From Betaproteobacteria bacterium (GTDB taxonomy: Bacteria > Pseudomonadota > Gammaproteobacteria > Burkholderiales > Burkholderiaceae_C), in assembly GCA_031424355.1 (NCBI GenBank), contig JANPHI010000342.1, positions 6,394 through 70,393 on the forward strand: 64,000 bases of DNA. Direction: 5' to 3'. A program made the translations under genes and the position numbers. Of this stretch, positions 18,480 to 27,530 are shown in pieces. The notes under the pieces were generated by a model. The model had not been told where the DNA came from. It did no database searches and worked only from the letters and a program-made list of their open reading frames with translations. How positions within the stretch are numbered: the stretch's first letter is position 1; every line of letters begins with the position of its first letter.

Positions 18480-20918
18480 TCAGGGATAGCTGATGGTCAG
18501 CGTGTAGCCCAGCGCAGCGCTGAAGCCGAAGTAGCTTTGCACCTTGATGTAGACCGAGCGCGCCGTGCTGCCGTTGGTGTAGGTCAGCGACTCCGAAGCC
18601 GTCGCGCCTTCGGACGAGGCCAGGCCGGCTCCGGTCGAGGTGACGAGGTAGAGGTCGTAGTCCATGCCGCTGGGGCCAACCATGTCGACGCGGATCTTCT
18701 GGCCCGCGTTCAGGTTGACCTTGAAGTAGTCCTTGTCGCGCTCGGAACTGATGAGCCCGCTGATGGTGGTGGCCGCGCCCACCGCGTTGGCGGTGGCGAT
18801 GCTGCCGTTGGCCTCGGTTTCGGTGAGGGTCGTGTTCGCATTGGCGATGCTGAAGCTCACGGCCGTCGACGTGGCGGTGTTGCCCGCCGCGTCGAAGGCC
18901 TTGGCGATCAGGCTGTGGGTGCCATTGGGCAGGGTGCGTGAATCGAAGGCGAGGCTGTAGGGCAGCGTGCTGCTGCTGCCCTTGAGCGCACCGTCAACCC
19001 AGAATTCCACCTTGCTGACGCCAACGTCGTCGGTGGCAATGGCCGACAGCGTGATGGTGCCGCTGCTGCCAGACTCACTGGCGCTCACGGCGGGTGGCGT
19101 GGTGTCGCCGCCGCCAGCGGCGCCCTGGTTCACCCAGATCGGTGCCGACCACAGGATCTTGCCGTCATCTTGGGTCAGCTTGGCGTAGTAGACGTGCAGG
19201 CCGTCCACCGGCGTGTGGCTGTAGGTGGCGCTGTTCGTCAGCAGCGTCATGGTGCCGTTGCGGCCCGGCACACCTTGCCAGATTTCCACCAGCGCCACCG
19301 TGTGGCCGGCCGTGTTGGCATAACCCACGTTCAGGTTCAGCGCGCCCGTGTTGCCGATGCGCGAACCCATGATGGCGCCGTTGGCGCTGAAGACCACCTG
19401 CGAGTTCTTGTCATGCGTGGCGAAGACGCGGCGCGCGCGCAAGGCCTCGACGAAGCTGGCTTTCGTGAGCGGGGTGCCGTTGGGGATCAGCACGGCGGTC
19501 CGGTTGGTGTACGCCGAGCCCCAGTTCGCGCAGTGGTTGTCCTGGTTGGTGGCCGGCGCCGCGTGGAAGCCGCGCTCCAGGATCTTGCGGTACGCATCTT
19601 CGTAGCCGGCACCGGGCTGCTGCGTCTCGTTGTCGATGTTGGAAAAGGCGCTGGTGTTGGACACCTCCGCCAGCACCATGACTTCATCGCCGTCAGCGGT
19701 GTAGCCGAAGTCGACGCCGTTGATGATGTACTGGCCCGTCAGGTCTGGGTGGTTGAACTGCCCGACCTGCCCGGCGGCGCGCATCACGGTGTAGAGGCTT
19801 GCGTAGTCGCCCTTGGCGACGTAGCGGTTGCCGTACAACTGGTTGCTGGGGTCGTATTCCCAGGAATACAGCTCGTCGCTGTTGAAGATGTTCAGGTGGC
19901 CGCCACCGCTGATGACGCCCCATTCCATGCCGTACATCGCCAGAAAACTGGGGTTTGCGGCGGTGTAGTTGTTGGCGATCGCTACGCCCGCAGCGTATCG
20001 GTTGATTGCCGTGGCGGCGGGGACGGTGCCCAGGCCCGAGCTGCCGTCAAAGTAATGGTTGTGGTCGGTGTTGGCGAAGAAGTCCAGGCCCTTGCTCTTG
20101 GCATACGGGAACGCCGTGTCCGGGCCGTAGGCACCGGTCTGGGCCGCCTGCGACGAGTTGCAGGTGGCCAGGTCGCCACCGCCATCGGAGTCACGCGTCT
20201 GGCCGTGCAGTGAACCGTAGTAGACCGTGTAGGGCCAGTTGGGCAGAGCCGATGCCGAAAGCGCCCTGCTGCGGGGCGTTTCGCCCGCCACGATCTGGCT
20301 GCCCAGCGCCAAGGCCCGGAACGCGGGCATGGGCGCCACCGGCGTGGCCCCCAGCACAAACTGGAAACTTATTGCCTGCGGCGTATGGCCTGCTGCCACC
20401 GCCGCGACCTTCAAGGCCGCCACGCGCGCATCGCTGGCGTCGCTGGTGCCGGTGGTATCCGCATCGGCCGCAAAGGCGGTCAGACGAGCTTGGTACACGC
20501 CATCGACCAAGGCCGCGCCGCTGCTGCGTCCCGCCCAGTCGAAGTTCAGGGTCATGGGCTGGCCCTGGAACCGTTCGACGCCGCTGTAGCGCTGCACCAC
20601 GCGGCCGTCGGGCGCAACCAGTTCCAACTGGTAGGCGAACTGCTCACCCACCGGGGCGCCGAGGTAGCCCATCGTCACGCTGAAGCGGCGCGCGCCGCTG
20701 GCCTGCGTGCTGGTGAACGGCGCGACCAGTTCAGCTTCGAACTCGTGGTGATCGGGGTACTTGACGCTGGGGTGCACGGCCAGGGCTTGCGCCAGGCTGT
20801 CGGATGCGGTGGCCTGGACGTTGGGTTGCGCGGAGTCGCCACCGCCGCTGCAGGCGGCCAGCAAGATGGGCAGCAGGCCAGCGGCCACGGCACGAAGTCG
20901 GAAAGAGTGGTTGTTCAC
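18480..20918 (-). CDS. Lipoprotein PHP-fold metallohydrolase (CehA/McbA-like) with C-terminal Ig-like and PPC-like domains
   Basis: Lipobox LLAAC; GSLHGQT, TDHNH, GMEW, GHLN, NHP, NQDNH metal motifs; DTTPP..ATDDVGVSKVEF Ig-like; DKDYFKV..DYDLYL PPC-like. Confidence 0.82.
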   Translation of the reverse strand: MNNHSFRLRAVAAGLLPILLAACSGGGDSAQPNVQATASDSLAQALAVHPSVKYPDHHEFEAELVAPFTSTQASGARRFSVTMGYLGAPVGEQFAYQLELVAPDGRVVQRYSGVERFQGQPMTLNFDWAGRSSGAALVDGVYQARLTAFAADADTTGTSDASDARVAALKVAAVAAGHTPQAISFQFVLGATPVAPMPAFRALALGSQIVAGETPRSRALSASALPNWPYTVYYGSLHGQTRDSDGGGDLATCNSSQAAQTGAYGPDTAFPYAKSKGLDFFANTDHNHYFDGSSGLGTVPAATAINRYAAGVAIANNYTAANPSFLAMYGMEWGVISGGGHLNIFNSDELYSWEYDPSNQLYGNRYVAKGDYASLYTVMRAAGQVGQFNHPDLTGQYIINGVDFGYTADGDEVMVLAEVSNTSAFSNIDNETQQPGAGYEDAYRKILERGFHAAPATNQDNHCANWGSAYTNRTAVLIPNGTPLTKASFVEALRARRVFATHDKNSQVVFSANGAIMGSRIGNTGALNLNVGYANTAGHTVALVEIWQGVPGRNGTMTLLTNSATYSHTPVDGLHVYYAKLTQDDGKILWSAPIWVNQGAAGGGDTTPPAVSASESGSSGTITLSAIATDDVGVSKVEFWVDGALKGSSSTLPYSLAFDSRTLPNGTHSLIAKAFDAAGNTATSTAVSFSIANANTTLTETEANGSIATANAVGAATTISGLISSERDKDYFKVNLNAGQKIRVDMVGPSGMDYDLYLVTSTGAGLASSEGATASESLTYTNGSTARSVYIKVQSYFGFSAALGYTLTISYP

Positions 20919-20960
20919 AGCGTCCTTGATGGGTGTGGGTTCGCGAAGCGGGGCGCCGGT

Positions 20961-21644
20961 TCAGCGGGCGCGGCGGCGGGCGATCAGGCCAACCAGGCCC
21001 AGGCCGGCCAGTAGCAGCGCGTAAGTGCCGGGTTCGGGCACCGGGTCGGGTATCGGCGTGCCGCTCAGGAGGACGTTGTCGTAGCGGATGGTGCCGGCCG
21101 TGCCGTAGCTCGAGGCCGCACCGGTGGCGGCGTAGGCACTGGTGCCGGGCGCGAAGCTGGTTAGCAGCTGGAAGCCGAAGTTGGCGTTGTCGTTGGCGCC
21201 GGCGATGCTGGCGAAACTGAAGCTCAGGCCGCTGACGAAAGTGGTGGATGCCGAGGCGGGCATCTGGAAGGTGGTGCCCGGCGTCCAGGTGCTGCCGTCC
21301 AACGTGTACAGCAGCGTGGTCCAGGCCGAGGCGGTGGCGCTGTTGCGCTGGGCGAAAGTCAACACCAGGTCGGTGTAGCCGCTGGCATCGACCAGGTACT
21401 GCACGCCGCGGCTGAGGTCACCGGTGCCTTGGGCGGCGTAGGTTGTGGTGCTCAGGGCCGAGCCCGAGACGCCCGTTGCCGTGGGGCTGATGGTGATGCC
21501 GCCCAGCGCAGCGAACGACGCGCCGTTGGCGCTTTGCGTCTGTTTCGTGGTGCCTGCCGTGTAGTCCCACAGCGCGACGGTGTCTGCTTGGGCGTGGAAG
21601 CTGGCGGCAGCCAGGACAGCAAGGGTGATGGCGCGCAGGTGCAT
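20961..21644 (-). CDS. PEP-CTERM sorting-domain protein
   Basis: Signal peptide MHLRAITLAVLAAASFHAQA; VPEPGTYALLLAGLGLVGLIARRRAR. Confidence 0.92.
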   Translation of the reverse strand: MHLRAITLAVLAAASFHAQADTVALWDYTAGTTKQTQSANGASFAALGGITISPTATGVSGSALSTTTYAAQGTGDLSRGVQYLVDASGYTDLVLTFAQRNSATASAWTTLLYTLDGSTWTPGTTFQMPASASTTFVSGLSFSFASIAGANDNANFGFQLLTSFAPGTSAYAATGAASSYGTAGTIRYDNVLLSGTPIPDPVPEPGTYALLLAGLGLVGLIARRRAR

Positions 21645-21723
21645 GAGGGAAGGGACTCGGTGGGGTGCAAAAAGGGGCGGCGTGGCCGCAACGCGGAGTG
21701 GAGAGAAAAAGGGGCGGAATATA

Positions 21724-21756
21724 GCGACCGTTTGCGACCGTTTGCGACGGGTTGAC
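21724..21756. repeat. Three 10-bp-spaced direct repeats upstream of the PEP-CTERM/PHP operon
   Basis: GCGACCGTTT GCGACCGTTT GCGACGGGTT GAC. Confidence 0.7.
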
Positions 21757-22299
21757 ACCCCGAATCGAGCGGCGCCTGAACCAGTCGGCACCTGCGGCCT
21801 GCCCCGAAGACGCGCTAACTGGCTGCTGCGGTTGATGAAAAGGAAGTTGGTCCAGCCACAGAGCTTCCCGCCGAAGGGGGCGAAGCACCCCCTCGACTCG
21901 AGGGTCCGACAGGCGCTTTGGGATGAGCGAGAACGCCGCCGGAAGTGGTGACTCTGCTGCGGTGGCCGATGCCGAAAACCTCAGGCTGAAATGGCGGGTC
22001 GTCATGGGCCTGAGCAGCCCGATGAATTGGCCGACCAAGGGTGCTCAGTTCATCAACCTCAAAGGTTCAGCCAGACGGGTGGCCCATTGCAGCCATCTCG
22101 AGGTCGCCCCTGGGGGCTACAAGCCGTTTGTGCTGGCCGGGCCGGTGGGCAACCGCCTCGATGCCGCTAGGCCTGGCGCCGCTGCCTTCGCAGACCTTCC
22201 TGATCGTTGCTGGCCTCGCGCTGCCGCGCTCAGGGTGAATTCGACATCCTGGTTGCACTGCTCGTGTGAAGCCCTGTCGCGTGGCGCTCCAATCAGGCT

Positions 22300-23310
22300 C
22301 TACCGGGCCGCTGCCATCACGCCGACGAGTTTGGGGAGGGTGATCGCCAGAACTTCGTTCGCGGCCGCCTCGAACTGTGCCGGATTGGCGGTCAGCTTGA
22401 CCACCAAACTCGCTGCCGGATCCGCGCCATCCTTGTCTTCATCGCGGGTGGCGAAAGGCAAGGCCGAAATCACGGGTCTTTGCAGATAGGCCCAAGCCGG
22501 AAAGCCGCCCGAGTTCGTGCCCCAGTACGCCAGTGAGGTGCCGCTGTCGAGGTTGTTGCCAGCCCCCGCGGTCACCCCAGCCCTGAAGCCGACCTGCGAC
22601 CCGCCGTAGAGCTTGCCGCTGTAGCCCGAAGTGGAGAACACGCCGTAGTCCAGCACCAGGGTGACGGCGATGATGCCGATGTTGGCGTCGTGCGCGATGT
22701 AAGGCGAGCGCAGCAGGGACTGGGTGCGGTCCAGAACGCGGAAGGCCGCGAAGCCGCCCATGGCACCCGATGTGTCGCGCTTGGCCGTGTCGCCGGGCAG
22801 GAAGCGCAGTTTCATGCCGGTGGGCGCCACGTAGGCGCCGTAGCGCCCTGGGCTGAAGTTAGGCAGGGCGTCCCAGGTGGCGTATTCGGGCGCCAGCCGA
22901 GTAAGTTCGGCCGTGTCCACCACCTCGTAGCCGGCAGCCTTGAGGCTGTCGGCGAAGTTCGCGTAAGCCTTGTCGGCAATGCGCTGCTGCGTGGCGGCGT
23001 CCACCCCGGTCATGTCGCTGCTGAAAGTGGACTGCGCCGAGGTCGAGATGCGGCCCAGGAAGGAGTTGCCTTTGGTCGTGGCCGTGAACTCGTTGTGGTT
23101 CGGGAAGGCCACGTTGAAGACGGCGATGCCGACCTTCTTGGCGCCTTTGAATTCACTGTCGTGAAAGATGCCGAACTCTTCGGGAACGATCACCCGGCCG
23201 AAGGCGCCTCGTTGTTGAATGACGCCGTCGATACGCTCCTGGGCCTCGGCCGCTGACGCAAGCGTCAGGGCGGCCATTGCAAGGGCCAAACCACCGGGTG
23301 TCTTGATCAT
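22300..23310 (-). CDS. Hypothetical secreted protein
   Basis: 336-aa ORF with signal peptide (ASAAEA), AAGGA RBS and coding-like codon usage; no family recognised. Confidence 0.8.
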   Translation of the reverse strand: MIKTPGGLALAMAALTLASAAEAQERIDGVIQQRGAFGRVIVPEEFGIFHDSEFKGAKKVGIAVFNVAFPNHNEFTATTKGNSFLGRISTSAQSTFSSDMTGVDAATQQRIADKAYANFADSLKAAGYEVVDTAELTRLAPEYATWDALPNFSPGRYGAYVAPTGMKLRFLPGDTAKRDTSGAMGGFAAFRVLDRTQSLLRSPYIAHDANIGIIAVTLVLDYGVFSTSGYSGKLYGGSQVGFRAGVTAGAGNNLDSGTSLAYWGTNSGGFPAWAYLQRPVISALPFATRDEDKDGADPAASLVVKLTANPAQFEAAANEVLAITLPKLVGVMAAAR

Positions 23311-23500
23311 GTATGTCCTTCGCGTGAGGCCGACCGCGGCGATAGAGCCCGGCTGCGGCGGGACGCGGCTGCCACAGCAGGAAGCGGGCCTTGCAGGTCT
23401 ACGCAGCGCAGCACGGGGGAAAGGCTCAATGCGCCCCGAAACACGCGTCGGCGAACTCCGCTACCGTCCCAGCTTGTCCTTGTGAATTGGGTTCAGCGCG

Positions 23501-24556
23501 ATGTCATCACGATTCCACGGCGCCTTTCGCCATGCCCGCTGGGCTTGCTGGGCCATGAGCCTGCTTCTGCTGAGCGGGGGCGCCGTCGCCCAAACCTACA
23601 GCCTGGCGCGCAGCCACCGTGTGGGTGGCGAAGGGGGTTGGGACTATCTGAGCCACGACGCCAGCTCGAACCGCCTGTTCATCACGCGGGGCAACCGGGT
23701 GCAAGTGGTCGATGCAAGCAGCGGTGCCATCGTGGGCGAGGTGCCGGACACGCCCGGTGTCCACGGCGTGGCCATTGCGGCAGACCTGGACAAGTTCTAC
23801 ACCAGCAACGGCCGCGACAACTCAGTCGGCGTCTTCGATCTGAAGACCCTGAAGGCCGTGGCCCGCGTGCCGACACCGCTGGGGCTGAACCCCGACTTCA
23901 TCGTCTACGACGCGGTCACACAGCGCGTGTTCGCGTTCAACGGGCGCAGCCACAACGCCAGCGTCATCGACGCCAACAACGACCGCCTCGTGGCCACCAT
24001 CGCGCTGCGAGGCAAACCCGAAGCCGCAGTGGCCGATGGGCGGGGTGGCGTGTACGTCGACATCGAAGACACCAACGAACTGACGGCGATCCACGCAGCC
24101 GATGCAACCGTCACGGCGAACTGGCCCCTGAAAGGATGCGAAGAGCCGGCGGGCTTGGCCATGGACACAGGGGCACGCCGCCTGTTCGTGGGCTGCCACA
24201 ACCGCACGCTGCTGGTGGTCGATGCAGACAGCGGCGCGCTGATCAGCACGCAGCCCATCGGTGCCCGTGTCGACGCCACCGCCTACGACCCACAAACGCG
24301 GCAGATCTTCAGTTCACAGGGCGACGGTAGCTTGAGCATCATCGCCGCGCCGGGCGGTGACCGCTACACGCCGTCCCAGACCGTGACCACCCGTGCCGGC
24401 GCCCGCACGATGGCGCTGAACACTGCCACGCATGAGGTCTACCTAGTTACGGCCGAGTTCGACGAGCAGCCGCCCGCAGCCGGGTCCACACGCCCACGCC
24501 GTCTGATGAGACCGGACTCGTTCACCCTGCTGGTGCTGCGGCCGGCAAGTCCTTGA
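23501..24556 (+). CDS. YncE/YVTN-type beta-propeller secreted protein
   Basis: GGEGGWDYL, GVHGVA, NPDFIVYD, GKPE, GARTMA repeats; signal peptide. Confidence 0.85.
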   Translation: MSSRFHGAFRHARWACWAMSLLLLSGGAVAQTYSLARSHRVGGEGGWDYLSHDASSNRLFITRGNRVQVVDASSGAIVGEVPDTPGVHGVAIAADLDKFYTSNGRDNSVGVFDLKTLKAVARVPTPLGLNPDFIVYDAVTQRVFAFNGRSHNASVIDANNDRLVATIALRGKPEAAVADGRGGVYVDIEDTNELTAIHAADATVTANWPLKGCEEPAGLAMDTGARRLFVGCHNRTLLVVDADSGALISTQPIGARVDATAYDPQTRQIFSSQGDGSLSIIAAPGGDRYTPSQTVTTRAGARTMALNTATHEVYLVTAEFDEQPPAAGSTRPRRLMRPDSFTLLVLRPASP

Positions 24557-24949
24557 GCCCCCGGCTGCGGGGCCTTGGAATCGAGAACCGAGCAAGTCAG
24601 CCTCGCGCCCCGCGTTCACCGGAGTTCATGTTCGGGTTGCCCATGTCGAAGCGAGCGAGCCTTGGTGCCGCCCGTACTTCACATCGTTCATCTGCCAAGT
24701 GAGTTCGAAGCATCGAGTGAGGGCCCTGAAGTCGTGGCGCTCAGAGAACTGCAGCGCAGCCAACAGCTACTTCGCGACCCCCGAATCGCGGGGTCCTGCG
24801 TTGGGAAGTGAGCCGTCCGGCGCGTGGAAGCGGCTTAGGTGAGCGTTGGCAATTACATGCGGCGAGCAGTCGTCGCATGCGGCCAGCCACTCATTTCGCA
24901 GCGCCCCTTGCCGCGGCTCGCAACCACCACCTGCCATTTGGAAACGAAC

Positions 24950-25510
24950 ATGCTGAACGCAACACGCACGGCTATCTCGATTGCCCTTTTGGTGTTCGTC
25001 GCACACCCTGCGGTGGCATCCACCTACGACTTTTCTTACGTATTCGCGGGCACCAGCAAGGAAGTCGCCGGCAGCTTCGATGGCACCACGGCCGGAAACT
25101 TCGTCGTCGGGATCAGCAACATCAGTGCGGCCTACGATGGCCGCGCACTCGCAGGGCCGCTGTATGCCTACGGCTACAACAGCGGAGGCTGGGTAGCGGG
25201 TGTGCCGCCGGTGTCGTTCAGCATGGGCAGCAACAGCTTTGCGTTTGTGAACTGTCCACACTATGCATGCGCTGGCGATCCAACCGGCAATGCATACAAC
25301 TACTTTGTTCTGCGCCCGAGCGGGCCCAACCATGCGTCGGTGTACTTCGCCAGCACTGGTGGCTTCGCCGCCTTCGACACCGCTCCCACTGGCACCTGGA
25401 CCTTGACCGAACGCGCCGCAGCCGTGCCCGAGCCGGCGTCCTACGCGCTGTTCGCGGGTGGGCTGCTGGCCGTGGGCGTATTCCGGCGTCGCAACCGGCT
25501 GGCAGCATAG
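24950..25510 (+). CDS. PEP-CTERM sorting-domain protein
   Basis: Signal peptide; VPEPASYALFAGGLLAVGVFRRR. Confidence 0.88.
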   Translation: MLNATRTAISIALLVFVAHPAVASTYDFSYVFAGTSKEVAGSFDGTTAGNFVVGISNISAAYDGRALAGPLYAYGYNSGGWVAGVPPVSFSMGSNSFAFVNCPHYACAGDPTGNAYNYFVLRPSGPNHASVYFASTGGFAAFDTAPTGTWTLTERAAAVPEPASYALFAGGLLAVGVFRRRNRLAA

Positions 25511-25590
25511 GACACGATGGCCAGCTGACGCTCGACGTCGGGCAGGCGGCAGCGTCACGGCGTCGGCGCCCCCGGGGCTGGGGCGAGACG

Positions 25591-25930
25591 TCAATCGCAT
25601 TGTTTGGTGTCAGTGATCTGGGTCGTCTTGTTCACTGGCATCAGGCACGTCACGGCGACGTACGGGTAGATTTGCTGCGCGTGTTCCGCGATGGACTCCG
25701 ATGCATCACAACGCAGTTTTTCCGGTGGTTGCCGCGCCCTGTGGCAAGCCATGCAGCCCAATGGGACGATCTGCTGGGCCTGATGTCACGGCATCAGCGG
25801 CTTGCCGTCGGCCGGCACGGCTGTCGACGCTGGCCAAAGCGATGTCGGTCAGAACGGTGGCGCCACCAGCACCATGAACGCGGTGATCAGGCCAACGCCA
25901 ACAAGCAAAAGTTTCCATCGCACGCTAATC
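25591..25930 (-). pseudogene. Remnant resembling the C-terminal TM plus cytochrome c domain of urate hydroxylase PuuD
   Basis: One frame with two internal stops: ...LLLVGVGLITAFMVLVAPPF*...MP*HQAQQIVPLGCMACH...KLRCDASESIAEHAQQIY...MPVNKTTQITD; CxxCH at 25755-25741. Confidence 0.55.
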
Positions 25931-26031
25931 GCCATCGCCTGCTGATGCACACGATCAAGCTCGCGCGCGTTGCGGCTGAATTGCTGGTCAATGGCAGGTG
26001 GGTGCGCAATGGCGAGCTTGGTCGGACCGAT

Positions 26032-26121
26032 ACGTCGGACCCGGAGTTCCCATCTGTCCTTCAGCTTGAACGGAGCCTTCTGGTCGACGGTTTTGCCCTT
26101 GTCCCACGGCTCGCGATGCAT
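26032..26121 (-). pseudogene. N-terminal remnant of a tyrosine recombinase/integrase
   Basis: MHREPWDKGKTVDQKAPFKLKDRWELRVRR resembles the PWNKGKxxGQKxPLKxKxxWxIRxRL N-terminus of a common proteobacterial integrase family; no catalytic domain follows. Confidence 0.6.
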
Positions 26122-26472
26122 TGCATTTGCTACCCCTCCCGTGATGGGCTCTCATCGAGTTGAGGAGCCGCCAAGTTGCTCCATCGTGATCTGGTGGAGC
26201 TTGTCCCGGATCCCCCACGCTTACGAGGACAGCTGTGACCCCAGCATCGGCTTTGTGGCGCGGCAGCGTACTCACACTCCCGGCCAGGAGCAGTCGTCGA
26301 CGATCGTCAGGAAATGGGCTTGCTACGTCTTTGGGTCAGGCCCTATGGCTGCAAAGCTTCCCGCATAGCCTGCAAGAACGATCCTCGCAGTCTGCCATCC
26401 GCCATCTCGTCTGGGCCGAGTGCGTTGTACGCTCTCCCCGTTTCTTCGGTCTACACCGGCTCATTGCACGCC

Positions 26473-27399
26473 ATGTCCATCTCCTTGCGTCAGTTCCGTG
26501 CCTTCGTGCTGCTGGCCGACGAACGCCATTTCACGCGTGCGGCGGCGGCCATGCATCTTTCCCAGCCCGCGTTTAGCGCACTCATCGCCGCCCTTGAATC
26601 CGACCTCGGCGTGCGCCTGTTCGACCGCAACAAGCGCCAAGTCACCCTCACACCGGAAGGCGCCGAGTTCGATCCCGCAGCACGGCGCGCCCTGGTCGAG
26701 TTCGACCAGGCCGTGCGCAGCGTGCACGACCGCTCTGCCTTGCAGCGCGGCCGCGTATCCATCGCGCTGCTGCCCTCGCTGGCTGCGCACTGGCTACCAG
26801 GGGTGCTGGCGCGCTTCCTGGGCCAGAACCCCGGCGTGCGGGTGGACGTCGCAGATGTGCTGTCCGAACCCTGCATCGACAGCGTCGTCGCCGGCCGGGC
26901 GGACTTCGCCATCGCGGCCGTCCGCGCCGAGTCGCCGAGTCTGCAAGCCCAGATCTTCTGCTCTGACGACTCCTTCCTCGTGTGCCCTGTCGACCATCCG
27001 CTGGCCACGGCCGACGAGGTGCAAGTGCGCGATCTGGCGGCCTACCCCTTCATCCACCTCTCACGCACGAGCAGCGTGCGCCAGTATCTGGACGCCGCGA
27101 TGCACCCGCAGTCGATGAACACGCTGATGGAGGTGGACCAACTTGCCACCGTGATGGGTATGGTGCGCGCAGGGCTGGGCATCAGCGTTGTACCGGCGCT
27201 GGCACTGTTCCATTTCAGGCACCCCGAGATAGCCGTGCGGCCGCTGCCGCTGCGGCGGCTGCAGCGCCAGCTTTACCTGGTGCGCCGGCGTGACAGCACA
27301 CTGTCGACGGCGGCGCAGGCGCTGTGCGACCTGGCCCTGACGATGCGGCCCGGCGTGGTGCCGGCGCGTGCGACGCGAGGGCGCAAAAAATCAGGGTAA
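26473..27399 (+). CDS. LysR-family transcriptional regulator
   Basis: SLRQFRAF...HFTRAAAAMHLSQPAFS...LGVRLFDR...LTPEG; MVRAGLGISVVP. Confidence 0.95.
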   Translation: MSISLRQFRAFVLLADERHFTRAAAAMHLSQPAFSALIAALESDLGVRLFDRNKRQVTLTPEGAEFDPAARRALVEFDQAVRSVHDRSALQRGRVSIALLPSLAAHWLPGVLARFLGQNPGVRVDVADVLSEPCIDSVVAGRADFAIAAVRAESPSLQAQIFCSDDSFLVCPVDHPLATADEVQVRDLAAYPFIHLSRTSSVRQYLDAAMHPQSMNTLMEVDQLATVMGMVRAGLGISVVPALALFHFRHPEIAVRPLPLRRLQRQLYLVRRRDSTLSTAAQALCDLALTMRPGVVPARATRGRKKSG

Positions 27400-27530
27400 A
27401 CCCAATGATCAATCTTTGATGATCCGTTTTCCAGATTGATCGATCTCATCTTTGAATTTCTCGGCTGCCCTGGCGGCTCCTAGACTGATTGCAGGCACCC
27501 GCCCCCAAAACAGCCAGGAGACATGAAGCC

